Source of the DNA: Spirochaetota bacterium
GTDB taxonomy: Bacteria; Spirochaetota; Spirochaetia; Treponematales; UBA12059
Length of the DNA stretch: 64,000 nucleotides
Direction: 5' to 3'
Assembly: GCA_003247225.1 (NCBI GenBank)
Contig: QKAK01000028.1
Coordinates: 7,289-71,288 of the forward strand
Shown here: piece after piece, positions 35,329 through 45,145 of the stretch
How the letters are laid out: each line of letters opens with the position of its first letter
How positions within the stretch are numbered: position 1 is the first letter of the stretch
Program-made: the position numbers and the translations under genes
Notes under the pieces: model-generated
Databases searched by the model: none
The model's input: the letters and a program-made list of their open reading frames with translations, nothing else
What the model was told of the DNA's origin: nothing

Positions 35329-36730
35329 CGATAGGGTAGCCTGCGACGCGGCCTGGTTCGCGGGCGCGGCCGGCGGATACGTCGCGAGCGGGTCGAACGC
35401 GGCCATAGGGCGCGTCGAGACCGACTCGCGCAAGGCCGGCCCGTCCGCGCTCTTCGTCGCGATACGCGGCGAGCGGAGCGACGGCCACGACTACGCCCGC
35501 CGGGCGGCGGACGCCGGTGCCCCCGCCGCGCTCGTCTCGGCTTCCTGGTGGGCCGCCCATGGCCCGGCCGCGTTCGCGGGATCCCGCTGCGCGGTCATCG
35601 TCGTCCCTGACACGATCGCGGCCCTGCAGAAGGCCGCCGCCGCGTACCGGGCCCGCTTCCCGTCGCTCCTGCGCTTCGGCGTCACCGGTTCGGCCGGCAA
35701 GACCAGCGCGAAGGAGCTGCTGGCCGCCATCGTCGGCGCGTCGCGCCCTACCATAAAGAATCCCGGTAATCTCAATTCCGATATAGGCCTGCCCGCGTCG
35801 ATGTTCCTCGTCCGGCCCGGGCACGAGGCCGCCGTATTCGAGATGGGCATCAACCGGCCCGGCGAGATGGACGAGCTGGCGGCCGTCTACGAGCCCGACT
35901 GCGCCCTGATAACGAACGTCGGCACCGCCCACGTCGGCGTGCTCGGCGGCACCCGCGCCGCGATCGCCGAGCAGAAGAAGCGCATAGCCTCCCGCTTCGA
36001 CGGCGGGCAGACCCTGGTAGTCTGGGAGGACGACGACTTCCGCGACGCGCTGATGACCGGCGTCCGGGGCCGCTGCGAGACCTACGGGCCCCGCTCGACC
36101 GACGGCTTCGAGGGAGCCCGCGACCTGGGCCTCGACGGCTGGGCGCTGCGCTACCGCGGCGTCGAGGCCAGGCTCAGGCTGCCCGGCGCCCATAACCTGC
36201 TGAACGCGCTCGGGGCGATACGCGCCGCGTCGCTGTACGGCGTCGGGCCGGAGCACGTCGCCGCGGGGCTGGAGGCGGTCTCCCCGCTATCCGGCCGGAC
36301 GAGCGTGATACGCGGCGAGTATACCGTGGTCGACGACTGCTACAACGCCAACGCCGAGAGCGCCGTCGCGGCCATCGGCTTCTGCGACGGCGCCGACGCG
36401 CGCGGCCGGCGGCTCTACGTGCTCGGCTCGATGAAGGAGCTCGGCGCCGAGGCCGCGGCGTCGCACCGCCGCGTCGGCGAGGCCGCCGCCGCCTCGAGGG
36501 CCGACGCCGTGTTCTTCTACGGCGACGAGGCCCGCGACGCGTACGAGGCGGCCAGGGCGGCCCGCCCCGGCAAGGAATTCCGCTGGTTCGGCGACTACGG
36601 CGAGCTCGAGTCGGCGGTGGCCGCCGCCGCTGCTCCCGGAGACCTGATCCTCGTGAAGGCTAGCCGGTCGATGGCGCTCGAGCGGCTCGTCGAGCGCCTG
36701 ACCGGGACTGGAGGCGATCATGTTTCTTGA
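35321..36730 (+). CDS. murF: UDP-MurNAc-tripeptide--D-Ala-D-Ala ligase
   Basis: TDSRKAGPSALFVAIRGERSDGHDY, GVTGSAGKTS, DCYNANAES. Confidence 0.9.
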   Translation: MDDDRVACDAAWFAGAAGGYVASGSNAAIGRVETDSRKAGPSALFVAIRGERSDGHDYARRAADAGAPAALVSASWWAAHGPAAFAGSRCAVIVVPDTIAALQKAAAAYRARFPSLLRFGVTGSAGKTSAKELLAAIVGASRPTIKNPGNLNSDIGLPASMFLVRPGHEAAVFEMGINRPGEMDELAAVYEPDCALITNVGTAHVGVLGGTRAAIAEQKKRIASRFDGGQTLVVWEDDDFRDALMTGVRGRCETYGPRSTDGFEGARDLGLDGWALRYRGVEARLRLPGAHNLLNALGAIRAASLYGVGPEHVAAGLEAVSPLSGRTSVIRGEYTVVDDCYNANAESAVAAIGFCDGADARGRRLYVLGSMKELGAEAAASHRRVGEAAAASRADAVFFYGDEARDAYEAARAARPGKEFRWFGDYGELESAVAAAAAPGDLILVKASRSMALERLVERLTGTGGDHVS

Positions 36731-37802
36731 GTGGATCTACCCGCTGGTCAAGTATTTCACGCCGCTGAACGTATTCCGCTACCTGACCTTCCGGTCCGCC
36801 TACTCGGCGGTGACGGCCCTGCTCGTCGCGTTCCTGTTCGGGCCCGCGATCATCGAGCGCCTGCGACGCCTAAAATTCGGCCAGTCGGTCCGGCTGGACG
36901 GCCCCCAGACCCACCTGGTCAAGTCGGGCACGCCGACGATGGGCGGCCTCCTGATCATAGCCGCCGCGGTCTCGGCGACGCTCCTATGGGTCGACCTGTC
37001 GAACCGCTACGTCTGGATATGCCTCGGCTCGATGCTCGGCTTCGGCGCGCTCGGCTTCCTGGACGACTGGCTCAAGATCAAGCGCAAGAACTCCGACGGC
37101 GTCTCGGCCAAGGCCAAGCTGATCGGCCAGGCCGTCATAGCGCTCGGCGCCGCGCTGGCCCTGTACTACGACCCGTCCGGCGAGATGACCAAGCTGTACG
37201 TGCCGTTCTTCAAGAACCCCGTCGTCGACCTCGGCGTATTCTGGATCCCGCTCGCGGTGATCTACGTGATGGGCTGGTCGAACGCGGTCAACCTGTCGGA
37301 CGGCCTGGACGGCCTGGCGACCGGGCTCGTCATCATGGCGCTGATAGCCTTCTCGCTGCTGACCTACCTGACCGGCCGCGCCGACTGGTCCGAGTACCTC
37401 GGCATACCGTTCATACGCGGCTCGGGCGAGCTCACGGTGTTCTGCCTGGCCATGCTCGGCGCCTGCGTCGGCTTCCTGTGGTTCAACGCGCACCCGGCCG
37501 AGGTGTTCATGGGCGACGTCGGCTCGCTGAGCCTGGGCGGCGTGCTCGCGGTGCTGGCGCTGATCGTCAAGAAAGAGCTGCTGTTCTTCGTCATAGGCGG
37601 CGTATTCATCCTCGAGGAGGCCTCGGTAGCGATCCAGGTGCTCTACTTCAAGGCGACCAAGGGTAAGCGGGTCTTCCGCATGGCGCCGCTCCACCACCAC
37701 TTCGAGCTGTCCGGCTGGAAGGAGACCAAGGTGGTCACGCGGTTCTGGATACTCGGCGGGCTGTTCGCGATCATCGCGCTGTCGACGCTCAAGATACAGT
37801 AG
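36720..37802 (+). CDS. mraY: phospho-N-acetylmuramoyl-pentapeptide transferase
   Basis: GTPTMGGLLII, NAVNLSDGLDGLA, FMGDVGSLSLGG, APLHHHFEL. Confidence 0.95.
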   Translation: MFLEWIYPLVKYFTPLNVFRYLTFRSAYSAVTALLVAFLFGPAIIERLRRLKFGQSVRLDGPQTHLVKSGTPTMGGLLIIAAAVSATLLWVDLSNRYVWICLGSMLGFGALGFLDDWLKIKRKNSDGVSAKAKLIGQAVIALGAALALYYDPSGEMTKLYVPFFKNPVVDLGVFWIPLAVIYVMGWSNAVNLSDGLDGLATGLVIMALIAFSLLTYLTGRADWSEYLGIPFIRGSGELTVFCLAMLGACVGFLWFNAHPAEVFMGDVGSLSLGGVLAVLALIVKKELLFFVIGGVFILEEASVAIQVLYFKATKGKRVFRMAPLHHHFELSGWKETKVVTRFWILGGLFAIIALSTLKIQ

Positions 37803-37813
37803 GAGAAGGATCG

Positions 37814-38941
37814 ATGCACGGCGGATTCGTCATGGAGAAGCCCCTCGGCCGAGTCGGGGGCGACCCGGGGATGCTCGTCTCGCTCGCGCTGCTGGTCGGC
37901 GTCGGCCTGGCCTGCCTCTATTCGGCGTCGTACGGCTTCGCGCTGTCGCTCGGCAAGCCATCCGGATATTTCGCCGTGCGGCAGCTGTTCTGGATGGCTC
38001 CCGCCGCCCTCGTCTTCGCGTTCGGGGCCTTCCTGCCGCTGGACGCCGCCCGGCGCTGGATAGGCGCGGCGGTCGTCGCTTGCCTGATCCTGCTCGTACT
38101 GCCCTTCGTCCCCGGCATCGGCATCACCAAGAACGGAGCCTCGCGCTGGTTCGGCTTCGGCGGGCAGATGTTCCAGCCGTCCGAGCTGTTCAAGCCCGTC
38201 GTCGTGCTGTACCTGGCCCATATCCTGTCCAAGAAGGGCGAGAAGCTGGGCGACGTCGTCAACGGCGTGCTGCCCCCGCTGATCGTGGTCATGGCCGGCG
38301 CGCTGATCGTGCTGGCCCAGAACGACTTCTCGACCGCGGTGCTCGTCATCGCCCTCGCGGTCGTCATGTTCTGGATCTCCGGGGTGCCGCTGTCGTTCTT
38401 CGCGGCGATCGGCTCGGTCGGGCTGCCGCTCGTCGCCCTGTCGGTGCTGACGAGCGACTACAGGCTCAGGCGCGTCCTCGGCTTCATAGCGCCCGGCTAC
38501 GACCCGGCCGACCTGTCGTACCAGGTGAACGGATCGCTGCGAGCCATACGCTCCGGCGGCCTCTGGGGCAAGGGCATAGGCCAGGGCACGCTGAAGCTGA
38601 GGAGCATACCGGAGGTTCAGTCGGACTTCGTCTTCGCGGCCTGGGTCGAGGAGACCGGCTTCGTCGGCGTGCTGGCGTTCGCCGCCATGTGGATCGTGTT
38701 CCTCTGGCGGGGGTTCCGGGTCGCGTTCCGCACCGAGGATACGTTCAGGAGCCACCTGGCCTTCGGGATGGCCTGCTACCTTGGCATCCAGACGCTCGTC
38801 AACGTGATGGTCGCCTCCGGCGCGGCTCCGGCTACCGGCATTCCGTTGCCGTTCTTCTCGTCGGGCGGATCGTCGCTCGTGTCCGTCGCGCTCGGCGCCG
38901 GGCTCCTATTCAACGTCTCGAGGAGCGTGAACCATGGCTGA
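37814..38941 (+). CDS. ftsW: SEDS-family peptidoglycan polymerase FtsW
   Basis: Multi-TM. Motifs: FQPSELFK, PEVQSDFVFAAWVEETGFVG, GIPLPFFSSGGSS. The start could instead be the ATG at 37832. Confidence 0.9.
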   Translation: MHGGFVMEKPLGRVGGDPGMLVSLALLVGVGLACLYSASYGFALSLGKPSGYFAVRQLFWMAPAALVFAFGAFLPLDAARRWIGAAVVACLILLVLPFVPGIGITKNGASRWFGFGGQMFQPSELFKPVVVLYLAHILSKKGEKLGDVVNGVLPPLIVVMAGALIVLAQNDFSTAVLVIALAVVMFWISGVPLSFFAAIGSVGLPLVALSVLTSDYRLRRVLGFIAPGYDPADLSYQVNGSLRAIRSGGLWGKGIGQGTLKLRSIPEVQSDFVFAAWVEETGFVGVLAFAAMWIVFLWRGFRVAFRTEDTFRSHLAFGMACYLGIQTLVNVMVASGAAPATGIPLPFFSSGGSSLVSVALGAGLLFNVSRSVNHG

Positions 38942-39875
38942 GCTAGCGATGGCCGACAGGGATTACGCCCCCCCGAGGGCTCGCGGCTTCTCGCGCGAGT
39001 ACGCCGTCGAGCGCGGCCGGGACGCTCGCGCCGCGGGTCGCGTCGTCGAACGCCCCGCGTCGCGAGCGGCGTCCGGGAACGCCGGCGGGGCCTCGCGCCG
39101 CGCGGACGGAGGGCCGCGGCCGGCCGCGGCTATCGCGTCGGCCCTGCTGGCGATAGCGGCGCTCGTCGGCGCGGCGGCCATCGCGCTGCCGCGCACCGAG
39201 GTGCGCGCCCTGACCGTGTCCGGCGCCGTGACGATAGGGGAGCGAGAGCTGTACGCCTGGTCGGGCCTGTCGCCGAGCGAGCATTGGTTCTCCGTCGACC
39301 GCGAGGCCGTGGCCGCCTGCCTATCGGCCCACCCGCGCGTGGCCGCCGTCACGGTGGAGGCGAGGTTCCCCGATACGGTCGCCGTCTCCGTGGTCGAGCG
39401 GAGGCCGATAGCGGTGGTCTACGCCCGCGGCGAATCCGGCCGCACCGAGGCGCACTGCGTCGATTCCGAGGGCGTCGTCTTCGCGCCGGCCTCGATGTAC
39501 GAAGGCTCGTCGGCCCTGCCGGTGCTGTCCGGCGTCGAGATACGCGGGCTGAGCTACGGGCTCAGGCTCGGCTATCCGTTCTCCGAGCTCCTGTCGTCGC
39601 TCGCCGAGGTCGCCGAGGCGAGCCCCGCCCTGGTATCGGCCATCTCCGAGCTGCGCGTCGTCTCGAAGCCGGGCCTCCCGGCCGAGCTGCTCCTGTACCC
39701 GACGGATTACCGGGTGCCGGTCAGGATGCGGCCCGTATTGAACGCCGGGCTCCTGAAGTCTATGATGCTCGTCCTTGACGTCGTCGAGGGGGAGGGACTG
39801 TCCCCCGGCATCCGCGAGCTGGACCTGCGGACCGACACGTTCGTATACCGGACAAAGGAGGCCGTCTCTGGTTGA
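38934..39875 (+). CDS. ftsQ: cell division protein FtsQ/DivIB
   Basis: Arg-rich cytoplasmic N-terminus, a single TM, and a POTRA-like LTVSGAVTIGERELYAWSGL...VTVEARFPDTVAVSVVERRPIAVV. Confidence 0.7.
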   Translation: MAELAMADRDYAPPRARGFSREYAVERGRDARAAGRVVERPASRAASGNAGGASRRADGGPRPAAAIASALLAIAALVGAAAIALPRTEVRALTVSGAVTIGERELYAWSGLSPSEHWFSVDREAVAACLSAHPRVAAVTVEARFPDTVAVSVVERRPIAVVYARGESGRTEAHCVDSEGVVFAPASMYEGSSALPVLSGVEIRGLSYGLRLGYPFSELLSSLAEVAEASPALVSAISELRVVSKPGLPAELLLYPTDYRVPVRMRPVLNAGLLKSMMLVLDVVEGEGLSPGIRELDLRTDTFVYRTKEAVSG

Positions 39876-41130
39876 CAATCTGATCGTGGGGCTTGATATC
39901 GGCACGTCCAAGACATGCGCGGTAATCGGCGAATATAACGAATCCGGGACTCTCGAGATCACCGGCGTCGGCGTCTCGCCGAGCACCGGCCTCAGGAAGG
40001 GCGTCGTCGTCAATATAGAGGCGACCCTGCAGTCGGTCACGAAGGCCGTCGAGGCCGCCGAGCTGATGTCCGGGCGCGAGGTGCGCGACTGCTTCGTCGG
40101 CGTCGCCGGCGCCAACGTCGAGGGCATCAACTCCCGCGGCGTCGTCGCGGTGACCGGCAAGGGGCGCGAGATCTGCCAGTCCGACGTGGACAGGGTGATA
40201 GAGGCGGCCAGGGCGATCGTCATACCGATGGACCGGGAGATACTCCACGTCATCCCCCAGACCTTCATCGTCGACGACCAGAAGGGCATACGCGACCCCC
40301 TGGACATGATAGGCGTCAGGCTCGAGGCCGAGGTGCATATCATCACCGGCTCGGTGACGACGGCCCAGAACCTGGTCCGCTGCGTCAACCGCGCCGGCTT
40401 CAAGGCGGACGGGCTGATACTCCAGAGCCTCGCGGCGTCCCGGGCGGTGCTGTCGGCCGACGAGAAGGAGCTCGGCTGCCTGCTCGTCGACCTCGGCGGC
40501 GGCACCACCGACGTGCTGATGTACTCCGAGGGCGCGCCGTACTTCTCGGCGTCGGTCGGGGCCGGCGGCTCGCAGGTAACGAACGACCTGTCGATCATCC
40601 TCAACGTGCCGATGGACGCCGCCGAGCGCATCAAGCGCGAGTCGGGCTGCTGCTACCTGCCGCACGTCGAGCCCGACGAGAGCATCGTCGTGCCGGGCGT
40701 CGGCGGCAGGCCGCCCCAGGAGATCCCGAGGGCCAAGGTGGCCAGCGTGATCCAGCCGCGGATGGAGGAGATCTTCAGGCTGGTCCGCGAGAAGGTCGAG
40801 CAGCCGGGCTTCTGGCGGCACGTCAAGGGCGGCGTCGTGCTGACCGGCGGCGGCGCGCTGATGCCCGGGGCCGCGGAGCTCGCGTACGAGGTGTTCGGGG
40901 TGCCGGTCAGGACCGGCGCGCCGTCGTCGCTCGGCGGGCTCGTCGACGCGTACCGAAACCCGGCGTACTCGACCGCGGTCGGCCTCGTGATGCTCGGCGC
41001 CGAGCGGCTCGGCGCGCCGGAGCCGGAAGCCAGGGGGAAGGCGGCCGGCGGGGACAAGGCGAAGGCGCAGAAGGCCAGGCCGGACGCGCCGTTCAAGCGC
41101 CTCGGCGAATGGCTCAAGGAATTCTTCTGA
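39868..41130 (+). CDS. ftsA: cell division protein FtsA (start codon uncertain, CTG proposed)
   Basis: LIVGLDIGTSKTCAVIGE is the actin-fold phosphate-1 motif; VDLGGGTTD is also present. GGAGG (39857..39861) lies 6 nt before CTG 39868. The next in-frame start, GTG 39886, is 24 nt from the SD. Confidence 0.85.
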   Translation: MVDNLIVGLDIGTSKTCAVIGEYNESGTLEITGVGVSPSTGLRKGVVVNIEATLQSVTKAVEAAELMSGREVRDCFVGVAGANVEGINSRGVVAVTGKGREICQSDVDRVIEAARAIVIPMDREILHVIPQTFIVDDQKGIRDPLDMIGVRLEAEVHIITGSVTTAQNLVRCVNRAGFKADGLILQSLAASRAVLSADEKELGCLLVDLGGGTTDVLMYSEGAPYFSASVGAGGSQVTNDLSIILNVPMDAAERIKRESGCCYLPHVEPDESIVVPGVGGRPPQEIPRAKVASVIQPRMEEIFRLVREKVEQPGFWRHVKGGVVLTGGGALMPGAAELAYEVFGVPVRTGAPSSLGGLVDAYRNPAYSTAVGLVMLGAERLGAPEPEARGKAAGGDKAKAQKARPDAPFKRLGEWLKEFF

Positions 41131-41207
41131 ACTAGGATACGGCCGGTCCCGGCTCGCTGACACGGGCGGGGATCGGATATTTGTAAACGGGCATACGGGA
41201 GGGGAAT

Positions 41208-42437
41208 ATGACGCTACGGGTCGTGGACGAGGTCGGAGCGTTCCGGCGGGCCGAGGCCGCCGATACGACGGACGCGCCGCGCGGGGACGCCGGGCAGGAA
41301 CAGTGCAACGCCACGGTCATCAAGGTGATCGGCGCCGGCGGCGGCGGGTCGAACGCGGTCAACAGGATGATCGAGGCGGGGCTGCGCAACGTCGAGTTCA
41401 TCGTCGCCAATACGGACCTGCAGGCGCTCGCCAAGTCGAGGGCCGACGTGAGGCTCGGGCTCGGCGCCAAGGTGACCCACGGGCTCGGCGCCGGCGGTAA
41501 GCCCGAGGTCGGCGAGAAGGCCGCGATCGAGGACCGGGCCATGATAGCCGAGGCGGTCCAGGGCGCAGACATGGTCTTCATCACCGCCGGCATGGGCGGC
41601 GGCACCGGCACCGGCTCCGCCCCGATCATCGCCGAGGTGGCCAAGGAGCAGGGCGCCCTCACGGTCGCGGTCGTCACAAAGCCCTTCGACTTCGAGGGCA
41701 AGGTGAAGATGCGCCTGGCCGAGGAGGGCATCGAGAAGCTCAGGCAGGCCGTGGACACGCTGATCGTCATACCGAACCAGCACCTGCTCAAGGTGGTCGA
41801 GAAGCGCACCCCGATACGCGAGGCCTTCAAGCTGGCCGACGACGTGCTCAGGCAGGGCGTGCAGGGCATCTCCGACCTCATCACCGTCGCCGGCGACATC
41901 AACATAGACTTCGCCGACGTCAGCACCGTGATGAGCGGGCAGGGCGACGCGATCATGGGCATAGGCTACGCCCGCGGCGACAACCGGGCCGTCGAGGCCG
42001 CCGAGAAGGCCGTGTCGAACCCGCTGCTCGAGGACGCGCGCATCGACGGCGCCAAGAATATCCTCATCAACGTGACCGGCGGCGAGAGCTTCACGCTGAC
42101 CGAGTACGAGGAGATCGTCGGCATCATCACGCGGAACGCCGACCCCGACGCCCTCGTCATCTCCGGCATCGTCAGCGACGACGCGTCCGAGGACGAGGTC
42201 AGCGTCACGGTCATCGCCACCGGCTTCGACCGCAGCATCAAGCCGCTCGCGCCGAGCGCGCCGGCCCGCAAGGACGTAACCAAGGAGCTGGACGACTTCC
42301 TGTCCGCGGACGAGTGGCGCACCATCGTCGAGCCCAAGCCGAAGGGCTACCTGATGGGCCGCAACGACGCCGACGAGCTCGATATCCCCACCGTGCTACG
42401 GGAGCGCCGACCGGCCTCGGAGCGGAGCGGGGTCTAG
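41208..42437 (+). CDS. ftsZ: cell division GTPase FtsZ
   Basis: [42 protein letters not shown]. It has an N-terminal extension of about 35 aa. Confidence 0.95.
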   Translation: MTLRVVDEVGAFRRAEAADTTDAPRGDAGQEQCNATVIKVIGAGGGGSNAVNRMIEAGLRNVEFIVANTDLQALAKSRADVRLGLGAKVTHGLGAGGKPEVGEKAAIEDRAMIAEAVQGADMVFITAGMGGGTGTGSAPIIAEVAKEQGALTVAVVTKPFDFEGKVKMRLAEEGIEKLRQAVDTLIVIPNQHLLKVVEKRTPIREAFKLADDVLRQGVQGISDLITVAGDINIDFADVSTVMSGQGDAIMGIGYARGDNRAVEAAEKAVSNPLLEDARIDGAKNILINVTGGESFTLTEYEEIVGIITRNADPDALVISGIVSDDASEDEVSVTVIATGFDRSIKPLAPSAPARKDVTKELDDFLSADEWRTIVEPKPKGYLMGRNDADELDIPTVLRERRPASERSGV

Positions 42438-42440
42438 GCC

Positions 42441-43388
42441 GTGGCCGGCAGGGACTCGATAGACCGCTACGGCGCCTGGCTGCTCGCCGCCAGGAGGCGA
42501 TCGCCGCTGACGCTCGAGGCGTACGTCCGCGAGGCGCGCGCGCTGGCCTCGTGGCTCGGAGAGCGCGGCCTCCTCGTCGAGACGGCGGCGGTGGCGGACG
42601 TACTCGAATACCTCGCGTTCCGCCGCGCGGCCGGCCTGTCGCCCAGGACGATGGCCAGGATCATGTCGGGCATACGGGGCTTCTTCAAGTACCTGCGCCT
42701 CGAGGGGCTGCGCCCCGACGACCCGACCGAGCTCCTGGAGAGCCCCAGGCAGGAACGCAGCCTGCCGGACGTCATCCGCGCGGACGACGTCAACCTGATG
42801 CTCGGCTCGATAGACGTCTCGACGCCCGGCGGCCTGCGCGACCGGGCGCTGTTCGAGCTGATCTACTCCTGCGGCCTGCGCATCTCCGAGGCCGCCTCGC
42901 TGACCTTCGATTCCCTCTATCTTAAGGAACGATTCATCCGCGTCGTAGGCAAGCGGCGCAAGGAGCGCATCCTGCCCTTCGGCGACGAGGCCCGCGCGTG
43001 GCTGGCCCGTTACCTGGAGGAGGGGCGGCCGGCGCTCGAGAAGGGGCGGCGGAGCGACCGCGTCTTCCTGAACCGCTCCGGGGCCGGCATCTCGAGGAAG
43101 GGCGTCTGGAAGCGCTTCTCGGAGCTCAGGACGACGAGCGGCGTCGACGGCAAGGTGCACTCGCTCAGGCATTCCTTCGCCACGCACCTCCTGGCGGGGG
43201 GAGCCGACCTCAGGACCGTGCAGGAGCTGCTCGGCCACGCCGACATCTCGACGACCCAGATCTATACCCACGTCGACGCGGAGGACCTGGCCGTGGCCCA
43301 CGAGGCGTATTTCCCCCGGTCCGGCGGCGCGCGAGAGGCAAGCGCCGAGGCTCGGGACGGCGTTTCCGATACGGGGAGGGCGGGCTGA
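42441..43388 (+). CDS. xerD: tyrosine recombinase XerD-like
   Basis: GTG start 3 nt after fts[53 protein letters not shown]. Confidence 0.75.
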   Translation: MAGRDSIDRYGAWLLAARRRSPLTLEAYVREARALASWLGERGLLVETAAVADVLEYLAFRRAAGLSPRTMARIMSGIRGFFKYLRLEGLRPDDPTELLESPRQERSLPDVIRADDVNLMLGSIDVSTPGGLRDRALFELIYSCGLRISEAASLTFDSLYLKERFIRVVGKRRKERILPFGDEARAWLARYLEEGRPALEKGRRSDRVFLNRSGAGISRKGVWKRFSELRTTSGVDGKVHSLRHSFATHLLAGGADLRTVQELLGHADISTTQIYTHVDAEDLAVAHEAYFPRSGGAREASAEARDGVSDTGRAG

Positions 43389-44116
43389 TGAAGAGAACGA
43401 TGATCCTGGCCCTGGCGGCGATCGCCACGCTGTCGTCGTGCGGCGGGGACGACAAGAATTTCATCGAGCGCATGTTCGACCTGGAGTCGCGGTCGTCCAA
43501 GGGCGCTCCGCCGTCGACCATAGAGGAGCTGAAGGACGGCATCCGCCGATACGGCGACGAGGTCGAGAAGACCGCCGCCGCGATGGAGAAGGTCGGCACC
43601 TACTGGCGCATGCTCGCGGTCCGCTACCTGGACAAGGGCCTATACGGCGACGCCTACGACGCGTCGATGAAGGCGCTCAGGCACTATCCCGACTCCTCCG
43701 GCGTCTACTACATAGCGGGCATGTCGGCGGCCTTCCTGTCCAAGACCGCGGCGGCCCAGCCGGGCGGCGGGGCGACGTCCCGCGCCGAGTGGCTGGCGGC
43801 CGCGGAGGGCGCGTACAGGCGCTCTATCGAGATAGAGCCGCGCAATACCAAGGCGCTGTACGGCCTGGCGGTGCTGTACACCTTCGAGCTCGAGGACCAC
43901 GAGGCCGCCATCGCGCCGATCGAGGCCCTGCTCGGCATAGAGACGAAGAACGTCGACGCGATGTTCGTCTACGCGCGGGCCCTGTACGGCTCCGGCCGAC
44001 CGCAGGAGGCCGCGGACGTATACGACCGTATCATAGCGACGACCAGGGTCGACGAGAAGAAGCAACAGGCCGCCGACAACAAGAAGCGCATACTGGACGA
44101 GCTCTATGGCGGCTGA
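43388..44116 (+). CDS. TPR-repeat lipoprotein
   Basis: Internal ATG overlapping the xerD stop. The lipobox is MKRTMILALAAIATLSSCGG, followed by TPR-like repeats. Confidence 0.6.
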   Translation: MKRTMILALAAIATLSSCGGDDKNFIERMFDLESRSSKGAPPSTIEELKDGIRRYGDEVEKTAAAMEKVGTYWRMLAVRYLDKGLYGDAYDASMKALRHYPDSSGVYYIAGMSAAFLSKTAAAQPGGGATSRAEWLAAAEGAYRRSIEIEPRNTKALYGLAVLYTFELEDHEAAIAPIEALLGIETKNVDAMFVYARALYGSGRPQEAADVYDRIIATTRVDEKKQQAADNKKRILDELYGG

Positions 44117-45143
44117 GCTGGCTTCGCCGCGCGACATGGCCGTGGCCAGGATGCCGTTCCTGTCGGCTAGGCAGCGTATTGCGCTCATCATGCGCGTCGG
44201 CGACGCTCCCCTGCGCGAGCTGCGCCTCGAGGACGTCGAGCGGGCGGTCGGGCGGCGCCTGGACGGAGCGCGCTGGGACCCCGACGCCTGGGAACGCGAG
44301 GCCGAGCGTGACCTGCGCTTCCTCTCCGCCGTCGGGGGCTCGTCGTACTGCTATTTCGACCCAGGCTACCCGGCGATACTGCGCGAGACGGCCAGGCCGC
44401 CGTTCATGCTGTACGCGCGCGGCCGGCTGCCCGACGGGCGCCGTCCGTCGGTAGCCATAGTCGGCACGCGCTACCCGACCGGCCGAGGCCTCGATGCGGC
44501 CCTGGCGCTGGCTATGGAGGCGGCCGCCGAGGGCGTGCAGGTGGTATCGGGCCTGGCCCGCGGGATAGACTCGGCGGCGCATCGCGGGGCCGTGGCGGCG
44601 GGCGGCCGTACCTTCGCGGTGCTCGGCCGCGGCATAGACGCGGTGTACCCCGCGTCGAACAAGGAGCTGGCCGCGAGGATGGTCGACGCCGGCGGCGGGA
44701 TAACGTCGGAATATCCGCCCGGAACGCCCCCTTCGCGCTGGACATTCCCGGAGCGGAACCGGATACTGGCCGGATTATGCAGGTCGACCGTGGTGGTCGA
44801 GGCGCCCGGCGGCTCGGGAGCGCTGATCAGCGCCGCCTTCGCCCTCGAGGAGGGCCGCGACGTCTACGTGGCTTCCGCCTGCGCGGGAGGGCCTAGGTCC
44901 GCCGGCTCCGACGCGCTGGCCGCCGACGGGGCGCTGACGCTATCGTCGTTCGGCGATATCATCGAGGATTGGCGCTATGGCGATGAGCGCTGTGGCGATA
45001 GGCGCTGTGGCGCGTATGAACCCGGCTGCCTCTACGCGCTGGCATGGCGACCCGGCGAGCGCCGGCGCAGGGCGCCGCTCAGGCGGCCGAACAGGACTAG
45101 GCCTAGAAGCCCGGCGAACGGGCGAACGAGTAGGAGAGCGTAA
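44106..45143 (+). CDS. dprA: DNA processing protein DprA (Smf)
   Basis: VAIVGTRYPTGRG, VVSGLARGIDSAAHRGA, FPERNRILAGL, VVEAPGGSGALISA. The C-terminal tail is low-complexity and Arg-rich. Confidence 0.85.
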   Translation: MAAELASPRDMAVARMPFLSARQRIALIMRVGDAPLRELRLEDVERAVGRRLDGARWDPDAWEREAERDLRFLSAVGGSSYCYFDPGYPAILRETARPPFMLYARGRLPDGRRPSVAIVGTRYPTGRGLDAALALAMEAAAEGVQVVSGLARGIDSAAHRGAVAAGGRTFAVLGRGIDAVYPASNKELAARMVDAGGGITSEYPPGTPPSRWTFPERNRILAGLCRSTVVVEAPGGSGALISAAFALEEGRDVYVASACAGGPRSAGSDALAADGALTLSSFGDIIEDWRYGDERCGDRRCGAYEPGCLYALAWRPGERRRRAPLRRPNRTRPRSPANGRTSRRA

Positions 45144-45145
45144 CG

